Below are positions 1-8,200 of a stretch of 20,000 nucleotides of DNA, one piece after another (position 1 is the first letter of the stretch; the number at the start of each line of letters is the position of its first letter). The notes under the pieces are model-generated. The model ran no database searches. It saw only the letters and a program-made list of their open reading frames with translations, and had not been told where the DNA came from. Source of the DNA: an uncultured virus (IMG/VR IMGVR_UViG_3300017774_007075) (lineage: Duplodnaviria > Heunggongvirae > Uroviricota > Caudoviricetes); the IMG/VR virus record IMGVR_UViG_3300017774_007075, positions 55,319 to 75,318 of that record; one strand, given 5' to 3'. The translations under genes were made by a program, and so were the position numbers.

Positions 1-545
1 AAGACTTACTAACAGGTGATTTAGATGCTGTTCTATTGTTTTTAAGAAGATTTGCTTATGGTGATGATTATCCTGTTCAAGTTCGTGATACAGATGGAAA
101 AATGTTTGATACTGTAGTAAAATTATCAGAAATTAAATATAAAGAAGTTGTAAGACCTGATAATATTGATTTAACATATAATTTTAAATTACCATTATGT
201 AAAATTGATTTAACTTTCAAACTTTTAACTTATGGTGAAAAGAAAAAGTTAGACCAAAGATTAGAAAAAATTTCAAAGTATAAAAGTGATTCTCCAATTT
301 TTGAAATACAAGAAAGAATTATTGCTCAAATACAAACAATAGCAGGTGAGTCTGATAGAAATTTTATTGAGAAATTTGTTAAACTTATGCCACCGATAGA
401 CTCGTTGGATTTAAGAACGTATATATTAAGTGTAGAACCTGGGTTAGATTACAATTATGAATTTGAAGGCAAATTCACAGGGGACTTTTTTCGTCAGAAA
501 TTTACCCTTGGTTTCGACTTTTTTTATCCAAGAGCAAAAGTATGA
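1..545 (+). CDS. T4 gp26-like baseplate hub / tail assembly protein, 5'-truncated by the window edge
   Basis: Frame is open from position 3 (DLLTGDLDAVLLFLRRFAYGDDYPV...). It shows the DLLxGDxxAxLxxLRxxAYG, FKLP, FKLLTxGE, MPxxDS motifs and the terminal xDFF.P typical of gp26-like proteins, and lies upstream of a tape measure gene. Confidence 0.7.
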   Translation, partial: DLLTGDLDAVLLFLRRFAYGDDYPVQVRDTDGKMFDTVVKLSEIKYKEVVRPDNIDLTYNFKLPLCKIDLTFKLLTYGEKKKLDQRLEKISKYKSDSPIFEIQERIIAQIQTIAGESDRNFIEKFVKLMPPIDSLDLRTYILSVEPGLDYNYEFEGKFTGDFFRQKFTLGFDFFYPRAKV

Positions 546-717
546 GGAAGTTATAGCACACGAAGTTAACTTTCTTGTTGAAAGTAAATATTCTTATAAT
601 GATATTTTATATACAATGCCTGTATATATGCGTAAAAATATAATTTCAATACTTTTAGAAAGAAATCAAAAGTTATTGAAAGAAAAAGAAAGAGCAGCAG
701 GTTACAAAGATATTTAA
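520..717 (+). CDS. Short gp51-like tail/baseplate assembly ORF, probably expressed as a frameshifted C-terminal extension of the upstream ORF
   Basis: HEVNFLVESKYSYNDILYTMPVYMRKNIISILLE matches the short 'SYxDIxxMPxxxR' assembly-protein pattern. The nearest upstream in-frame ATG (457) is buried in the previous gene. The frame is entered at the T7 run 519-525. Confidence 0.55.
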   Translation, partial: FFIQEQKYEEVIAHEVNFLVESKYSYNDILYTMPVYMRKNIISILLERNQKLLKEKERAAGYKDI

Positions 718-719
718 TT

Positions 720-728
720 CTATTTATA
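720..728 (+). promoter_or_regulatory. Putative phage late promoter motif CTATTTATA
   Basis: Intergenic and 22 nt from motif start to ATG 742. Related copies at 5172, 10470 and 13367, all intergenic. Confidence 0.45.
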
Positions 729-741
729 TTAAAAATGTAAT

Positions 742-1602
742 ATGAAGATATTATCTTATAAAATATTAAGTGAAGCCGCATTTGGTGATATTAAAACTAT
801 AGCAAAGCTAAAATTATTAACAAAACAAGGAGGTAATCCAACTTATAGTTTAACATATTTTAAATATTTGGTTAAAATTACTTTTGGAATTTCACCAATA
901 AATGATGATGTTAAAAATTTTATATCGCCAACTTTTGCAGTAAATTTTGAGGGTAATAAAATGTTTTTATATCCTTGGTATAGCGAACAGGTAGCAGCAT
1001 TAGAAGAAACAAATGCTAAAAAATGGGGTAGTTTAGAGTTGTATGATTTAAATGATGAAACTGCTATACAAGACATTGAAGGATATTTTTTAAACCCATC
1101 AGCCTTAGAATTTAGATTTCATTTTGAGGTTGGTGATACCACTATATTTAATCAGGCAAATAAATTATATAGATTTGCTAATCTTGATTTTTTATCAAAT
1201 TTTCAAGGTGGTCCATCAGCAGCTTTTAAAATAAAAATGACAAATACAATTATGCGTGATTTGTCAATTTCAAGGAATCAACAAAGTAATGTAAGTAATA
1301 AGTATGCTATTGATATAGAACTTGACCCTGCAATATCAGGAGTTACTAATCCTGTTACAGGAAATTATAAAATTATATTTAATAATACAAGAAGCCCACT
1401 TGGAACTATACAAGGTTTTCCCAATGTATCATCATTTGGAAAAGTTAATAGTGGTGCTGTAAATTTTTATATTTATACACAACAACCATTTACTACAACA
1501 CCTAATACAGATGTAGAATGTCATGTTGTTCATTATGACAATAATTCATGGAAAAAAACAGGCAAAATAAAATATAAAATAAACTCATTATCTCAAATCT
1601 AA
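742..1602 (+). CDS. Hypothetical protein, probably virion-associated
   Basis: 286-aa ORF in the tail block, preceded by the CTATTTATA motif. N-terminus MKILSYKILSE resembles a propeptide ending in L-x-E. Confidence 0.6.
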   Translation: MKILSYKILSEAAFGDIKTIAKLKLLTKQGGNPTYSLTYFKYLVKITFGISPINDDVKNFISPTFAVNFEGNKMFLYPWYSEQVAALEETNAKKWGSLELYDLNDETAIQDIEGYFLNPSALEFRFHFEVGDTTIFNQANKLYRFANLDFLSNFQGGPSAAFKIKMTNTIMRDLSISRNQQSNVSNKYAIDIELDPAISGVTNPVTGNYKIIFNNTRSPLGTIQGFPNVSSFGKVNSGAVNFYIYTQQPFTTTPNTDVECHVVHYDNNSWKKTGKIKYKINSLSQI

Positions 1603-1613
1603 TAATTTAAAAT

Positions 1614-4136
1614 ATGGCAATGACACCTGAAGAAATATTGAGTACATCAATACAAAATCTTAATACTGCTGAACAATTAAGTCAAGTATATGAACGTCTT
1701 AGTGGTATTTTAGAAGACCAAAATAAGTCAATAAGTAGCTATGAAAATGCACAAAAAATAATTAAAGAATATAAAAAAAATGAATTATTATTTACTACTC
1801 AAATAGAAAAAGCAGAAGCCGAAATACTTAAACTAACAGGTTCAATACTTGATACGGACATTGAAAGATTAAGATTATTAAATGAAGAAGTAAAATCATA
1901 TCAAAAACAAAAAACACTATTAATACAGAATAGGGAAGCACTTGAAGAAAATAGTAATATTATAGAAGCTTATCGTACTGATTTATATGAACAAGCAAAA
2001 AGTTGGGCAAAACAAGAATTTGGAATTAGAAGTATGTCTTCATATTTAATGACAGTTGATAAACAAATAAAAGGCTTAACATTAAATTTAGGATTATCGG
2101 GAAATAGGGCTGAATCATTAAGAGAGCAAATGTATGAAGCAACAAATGCTGCACAAAGGTTTGGTGCTTCTGCTGCTGATATTGTTGAAATACAAAGTAA
2201 AGTTAATGAATTAACTGGAAGAGCAACTGTTTTTAATGAAAAACAAGTTGCAAATATGGTTTTAATTGCCAAGGGAACAGGTATGGCAAATCAAGAAGCA
2301 GGACAATTTGTTGGTAATATGTTATCACTTGGTTCATCTGTTGAAGATGCGACTAAATTAATTGAAGATACTGTAAATGAAACTGCCAAACTTGGATTAA
2401 ATTCTTCAAATGTTTTAAAAGGAATAACAGCAAATATTGGCAATCTTAATAAGTATAGATTCCAAAATGGTGTTGAAGGATTAAAGAAAATGGTTCAATC
2501 ATCTGAGAAATTTAAATTTTCAATTGATGGTGCTTTTGCTGCTGCTGAAAAGTTTAGAACTCTTGAAGGGTTACTTGAAGCAGGTGCTAATTTAAGGGTA
2601 TTGGGTGGTGAATTTGCTAAAATGGATGAATTTAAACTTTCATTCCTTGCAAGAAATAAACCCGAAGAGTTTGCTGTTGAAATGGCTAAACTTACAAAAG
2701 GTATGGCTAGTTTCAATAAAGAGACAGGTGTTTTTGATGTCGCTGATGTTGATATGGATAAATTTAGGTCTGTTGCAGAATTAACAGGTCAAGAAGTTGG
2801 TAAGTTGGTAGAGTCAACAAAAGAAATGGCTAAAATTGACCTTGCAAAAAGTCAAATATTTGTTGGTGATGATGCTGATAGAGAAATGATAGCAAAGTTG
2901 GCTTCCTTTGGTAAAGGTTCAACAATAGGTACAATTGAAATAGGTGATAAGAATGTAAGAATAGACCAACTAACAAGTGACCAATTAGAAATATTGAGAC
3001 AAACACAAAAAACATTAAAACAAAGGGCAGAAGATTCTCAAACATTTGGTGAAACATTTGAAAATACAATTATGCAGTTGAAGTCTACATTGTTACCAAT
3101 ATTAGATGCTATAAATTATGTTTTAAAAGGTTTTAATAAAATTATAGATGTTTTCAGAAATGAAACTACAGGAAAAATGAATAAGATTGGACTTGTTATA
3201 CCTGCCGCAATTTTATTATTATCAACTGGTATTGTAGGTATTTTAACAAAAATGGTACTTAGAATACCTTCTCTTTTAAGTAATGTTTTATCAAAAATTC
3301 CTGTTTTGGGTAATTTATTTGGGAAAGGAACAGGGCCAGTAGCAGCTACTACCCCTTTAAGTGGTGGACAGGCTTTGGGTGCAGGTTTGGGTGGTGCTGC
3401 AAAAATGGCTGCAATAGGTGTTGCGGCAGTTGGTATTGGTTTTGGTTTTAAAATGGCTGCTGAAGGTGCTGCCTCACTTTCTGATTCAATAAGTAAATTA
3501 ACAGGACCGCAATTAACTGCATTAACAGATTCACTAAAAACTCTTGGTTTTTTATTAGGGGGAACTCTTGTAGTGGGTGTTTTAGCATTGGGTGCTGCAA
3601 CTACTGCAACTTCCTATGGATTACTTGCTTTTGGTGCTGCTGCATTGATGGTGGGCGCAGGTATTGGATTGGCAGCTATGGGTATTGGTGAAATGGCTAA
3701 AGGTTTTTCAACACTTGGTAATGTTGATTTAACTAAGGTTGGTTTGGGAATGATGGGTATTGCAGGTGCGGCTTTAATGTTGGCTAATCCTATAGCGATG
3801 CTTGGTTTGGCTTCTATTGGGGTTGCTTTAGCAGGGATAAGCGCACTTAATTTTGATAATGTCATGCCATTGCAAAATTTAAAATTTATTGATGCCGATA
3901 TAAAAAATATGAAAATGATGGTCGATTTATTGAATAAGATAAATTCCATTGATACAAGTAAACTTGATGCTCTTGGTAAACTATTTTCAGAGGGTACTAT
4001 GAAAGTGGAACTAGTTGGTTCTCCGACAATTAACAATATGATTACTGTTGATGTTGATGGGGAGAAGTTCTATAAGAAGGTAAAACAAATGATACCAATT
4101 CAGATTAAAAAAGGTGTTCAACCGCAGGGTGGGTAA
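1614..4136 (+). CDS. Tail tape measure protein
   Basis: 840 aa with an N-terminal coiled coil, a helical Ala/Glu/Lys-rich core and a long Gly/Ala hydrophobic segment (about 3180-3850). Located between assembly proteins and a hub-like gene. Confidence 0.85.
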   Translation: MAMTPEEILSTSIQNLNTAEQLSQVYERLSGILEDQNKSISSYENAQKIIKEYKKNELLFTTQIEKAEAEILKLTGSILDTDIERLRLLNEEVKSYQKQKTLLIQNREALEENSNIIEAYRTDLYEQAKSWAKQEFGIRSMSSYLMTVDKQIKGLTLNLGLSGNRAESLREQMYEATNAAQRFGASAADIVEIQSKVNELTGRATVFNEKQVANMVLIAKGTGMANQEAGQFVGNMLSLGSSVEDATKLIEDTVNETAKLGLNSSNVLKGITANIGNLNKYRFQNGVEGLKKMVQSSEKFKFSIDGAFAAAEKFRTLEGLLEAGANLRVLGGEFAKMDEFKLSFLARNKPEEFAVEMAKLTKGMASFNKETGVFDVADVDMDKFRSVAELTGQEVGKLVESTKEMAKIDLAKSQIFVGDDADREMIAKLASFGKGSTIGTIEIGDKNVRIDQLTSDQLEILRQTQKTLKQRAEDSQTFGETFENTIMQLKSTLLPILDAINYVLKGFNKIIDVFRNETTGKMNKIGLVIPAAILLLSTGIVGILTKMVLRIPSLLSNVLSKIPVLGNLFGKGTGPVAATTPLSGGQALGAGLGGAAKMAAIGVAAVGIGFGFKMAAEGAASLSDSISKLTGPQLTALTDSLKTLGFLLGGTLVVGVLALGAATTATSYGLLAFGAAALMVGAGIGLAAMGIGEMAKGFSTLGNVDLTKVGLGMMGIAGAALMLANPIAMLGLASIGVALAGISALNFDNVMPLQNLKFIDADIKNMKMMVDLLNKINSIDTSKLDALGKLFSEGTMKVELVGSPTINNMITVDVDGEKFYKKVKQMIPIQIKKGVQPQGG

Positions 4137-4156
4137 TTATTTGTCAAAATAAAGTC

Positions 4157-4164
4157 TATATTTG
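4157..4164 (+). promoter_or_regulatory. Bacteroidota-type housekeeping promoter -7 element (TAnnTTTG; here TATATTTG)
   Basis: Exact TATATTTG in the short intergenic gap before the HTH ORF. The same 8-mer precedes three other genes. Confidence 0.55.
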
Positions 4165-4177
4165 GTTTCAATAGTTT

Positions 4178-5107
4178 TTGGCTTTGAATACGATTAAAAT
4201 TTTTGAAAGGACACATATGCACATTCCGTTACAGATGATGGGATGTATTATGTCTTCTTCAACATATAATTTTAACGAGTTCAAGACCTATCTAAGTTTT
4301 GCATTCAGGACTTCTGGCAATTGTAAATTAAATAATACGATTAAGGAAAGGGTATGTAACCATCTTGATATTAGTCAAAGAACGCTTAATAAACATATAA
4401 AATCTTTAATTGAAAAGGGATACTTTGGATATAATTCAAAGACAAATATACTTTTTATAAATGGTTTATCAAAAATCAAAAAGTTAGTGTTTATTAATAA
4501 TGATTACAATGAACGTATTTTAGGTAAGACAAGTTTTAAATTAGATATATCTGATTTTGATAAATTAAAGTTTTTAACGTTTAGTGCAATGGAACAATAT
4601 ATTCTTTTGCGACAATCTAAGTACAAAAATAGATTGAAACTTGAAGAATATTTAGTTGACAACAATTTAATAGAACGTTATGAGAATGGGAACGAATCAA
4701 CAAAGACCAATCTAAAAAAAATCTATCGGACAGAAAAGAAAACCAAAGGAGATTCAATGAAAAAGGAAAATCCCAACCGCTTTGGTTTAAATCTTTTTAC
4801 AGATGATAGAGATTATTTAGGTGTTTCAAACTCTTTTATTTCTGATAAATTTAATAGAACTAAATCATGGGGTTCTAAGATTAAAAAGAAATCAAGTTCA
4901 TTAGGACTATTAGAGTACAATAAGAAATCAATATTTGTTGATTCTTTTCCATCTACATTTAATGTTAGGAGATATTTATCAATTAATAGTCCTGTTAAAT
5001 ATGGTAGATACTTTACAAGAAAAGATAATGATACAATTCTAGTATTTGAAACAGGATATGATGAAATCATTAGTAATGTTAAGTTAACTACAAGAAGAAG
5101 TAAATAA
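4178..5107 (+). CDS. Basic DNA-binding protein with two predicted (winged) helix-turn-helix regions; possible replication initiator or regulator (start TTG 4178 or ATG 4217)
   Basis: KERVCNHLDISQRTLNKHIKSLIEKGYF is a classic HTH/wHTH pattern. GVSNSFISDKFNRTKSWGSKIKKKSSSLGLL resembles a second one. The protein is Lys/Arg-rich. Confidence 0.65.
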   Translation: MALNTIKIFERTHMHIPLQMMGCIMSSSTYNFNEFKTYLSFAFRTSGNCKLNNTIKERVCNHLDISQRTLNKHIKSLIEKGYFGYNSKTNILFINGLSKIKKLVFINNDYNERILGKTSFKLDISDFDKLKFLTFSAMEQYILLRQSKYKNRLKLEEYLVDNNLIERYENGNESTKTNLKKIYRTEKKTKGDSMKKENPNRFGLNLFTDDRDYLGVSNSFISDKFNRTKSWGSKIKKKSSSLGLLEYNKKSIFVDSFPSTFNVRRYLSINSPVKYGRYFTRKDNDTILVFETGYDEIISNVKLTTRRSK

Positions 5108-5171
5108 TGATTTTTTGGAAAATTTGGAAACCATATATAAAAGGAAATTATTAAATACTAATATATAGAAA

Positions 5172-5208
5172 CTATTTATTAGAAATATATAATACTTTAT
5201 TATAAATA
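5172..5208 (+). promoter_or_regulatory. Putative late promoter region (CTATTTAT at 5172-5179; TATAAATA at 5201-5208)
   Basis: Motif shared with 720, 10470 and 13367. TATAAATA equals the T4 late promoter consensus, but the region is about 90% AT so chance matches are possible. Confidence 0.3.
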
Positions 5209-5211
5209 TTA

Positions 5212-5239
5212 TATTATCAATATTCTATTATCAATACTC
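5212..5239. repeat. Tandem 14-bp direct repeat TATTATCAATA(T/C)TC x2
   Basis: TATTATCAATATTC at 5212-5225 and TATTATCAATACTC at 5226-5239, ending 1 nt before ATG 5241. Confidence 0.75.
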
Positions 5240-5240
5240 T

Positions 5241-8200
5241 ATGGCTGATATCAATTTTAATTTAATAGACCCTAATAATGAAATACTAAAAGGAACTCCT
5301 TGGTATGATATTAATAGCACTAATCCATTATTAGCAGATGGATATAAAACTAATGGTATACCTAGATTTGAAGATATAAGGTCTTTTGTTGAGTTTTCAA
5401 TGAGACCAAAGAATGCAAATTACATTGAAATAACTAATCAAAGAATCACAAGTAATGCAGCTATTTCTGATGATAATAATATTATCTTAGGTGGATATTA
5501 TAAAAGAAAAGATAGTAAAGGAAATGTTATTCAATCTTATTATTCAACAAATTATACTGATGAAATAATGGGTAGTAATGTTGAACAAAAAGAATATGAA
5601 GGTTTTGGAATTAAAAGTATTGATATAGTGTTTGATGCTAATAAAATACCTCAAGTTTCAGTTGTTTTTTATGATTTAAGAGGAAATGTATTAAATGATT
5701 TTAATAGTAAGTTTGCTAAAATGTTTCAATTACCTTATCCAGTTTTTCAACTAAGAATTAAAGGAGGTTTTGGACCATTGATAAAGTTTAGACTTCAAAA
5801 AATTAAAGATGATATATCTGTTGATGAATCAGGTAATTTTATTATTAATAGTAAATTTATTGGTGATAAATTCGCACCATTAAGTGATGTTCCATTACAA
5901 TATTTAAATACTGTTTCTTATTTTGATGATAAAACAATTGATTTACTTGATAATCAAATTAAATCATTTCAAGATTTAATTGTATCTTCAAGAAGATTAT
6001 ATGAAAAAGCAAATCAAGTACTTGAATCAGACCAAGAAAATGCAAATAAAGAAGATTTAAAAAAAATAACTGAAAAAAGAAGTACAATATTTGGTATTTA
6101 TAGTAATATATCTGATATAATAAAATTTAAATCACTCTTTACAAAAGAAACAATAAAAGAAACAATTCAAACAATAAAACCTGATGAAATTAATTCAATT
6201 ATTAATTATATTGCTCAAACAACAATATTAAAAGACAGTAACAAAATTTCATTTGTTAATCAAACCATAACTATAGATAATAATAATAATTTAGTTAATC
6301 CACCATTAACAGAAACTTCTTTTTATGTAATCAATAAAATTGTAATCAATTATATTAATACAATTAACACTAATATTAAATCAGCAGGATTTCCTTCAAC
6401 CATTTCAGTTTTTCCTTTTAAAACTTTTACTCCAAGAATTGATATTGCTTTTATACCAATTTTTTTAAACCAAATAAACATTATAAATAATATTGATTTT
6501 AATGCTATAGCAACTGAACTTAAAAATATAGATAATCAAATTAAAGAATCTGCCGTTAAAGGTAATGATGAACTTAATAGAAAAATGAGGGCATTAACAA
6601 AACAAGTTTTAGGTGACACAAAATTGACCATTGGGACTGTTTTTAAATTTATGATTGATGATTATAATGCATTAATGAAATTAGTTAAAAAAGCAGGTGA
6701 TGATGGAGGTGCAAATAATCTTAGATTTGGTATTGACACATATGATAAAATTGGTTTTCCAAAAGTAATAGATACAATAGATGGTGTTGGTACATTAATA
6801 TACCCTGGTTCAAAACCTCAATTTCAAGATTGGCCCGAAGTTAAATTTATTGAAGACTTTATAAAAGCATATTCAAAAGCATTAATTAATAATGAACTTA
6901 CAACACTTTTAAATTCAAAGAATGAGGATGGTTCAAGTAGATATATACCTATAAACCCAAGAGAAGTTTATCAACTAACAAGAGATAATTCACCAAGTTC
7001 TGATATATTAAATGAACCAAAAAATGTTTATTTTAATAAATCAGCAGAAGAAATATGTCAATTAATTTATGAAAGATTTTTAATTCTTACAAATATTAAT
7101 GCAGTTATTACAACAAATGATTATCAAAGTTGGAATAACGGTTCACAGTCTCAAACATTTCTTGGTTTTTTTAAAGATGTTTTTGGAAAATTAGACCTTA
7201 GTGATGACGATGTACAAAAACAACAATTCCTATCAACAATTCAAATTGAAGCAAGAAATATTGCATATGCTGTTGCGGCTTCAGAACAAAAAGTAAAAGA
7301 TTATTTTAAAAATCTTAATACTAATTTTAATGATGATTTTTTAACAAGGAATCCGAAAGATATAATAACAAAAGGTATTATTAATCCATCTAATAATAAT
7401 TTAATTAATATGGGTAAAGCATATCTCGAAAATATTATAACATTTGGCTCTCTTGATTATAATTATATAACAGTTGCAAGTGTAAAACCTCAATTAATAA
7501 ATACCGATGGTCAAGAATCAGATGTTATAAGTATATATATGAAATCTGTTACAGAAGAATTAAAAGATTTTGACCAAGTAAAAATTACAAAAGATAATAT
7601 TTTTTATTTTCCTGATTCTTTATTATCTGAAAAGGGTAATGAAAGTGATTATGATAAAGTTTCAGGATTTGGTTCTGTATTTGGTCTTGCATATCAAAAA
7701 AGAGATAAGAAAAAAATAGAGATAATTTATCAAAATATTGGGGATAAAGTATATGGGTGTTTTGATGTTAGTAAATTTATTAAAAACATAAAAACAACAG
7801 GTTTATATCAAGTACCAAGAGGTATTTTGGTTATATTAGGTTCAATATTAAAAACCTATTATAATACTCTTCTTAGTGAAGAAAAAATTAGACAAGAAAT
7901 GTATAATCTAAATTTTGGTAATATGAATATTATTGATGATATTGATACAATAAAAATCATTAGGAATAGTTCATTTTTTAAATATCTTTATGAAGAAGCT
8001 GAAGACTTTGAAGAAGCCTTTCCATCATATGTATCAACTTTTTTTAGAGATTCTAATAATGTTTTTGCCCCTAATCAAGGTTTTAAACTTACACTACCCC
8101 AAGGTACTATAGTTACACCAGAAGAGACTGATAAACTTATTGCTTATATGTATCAAAAAAGATATGTAAGCATTAATGACATACAAGCAACAACAATATA

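Noticed and set aside
457..519. ATG 457 as the real start of the 86-aa ORF
   Set aside because: It would need an 89-nt overlap, and the first ~20 residues look like out-of-frame read-through. Not excluded, but frameshift entry is more parsimonious.
4178..5107. Homing endonuclease or transposase
   Set aside because: No HNH, GIY-YIG, LAGLIDADG, DDE or HUH motif, terminal inverted repeats or target duplication seen. A divergent PD-(D/E)xK nuclease cannot be excluded by eye.
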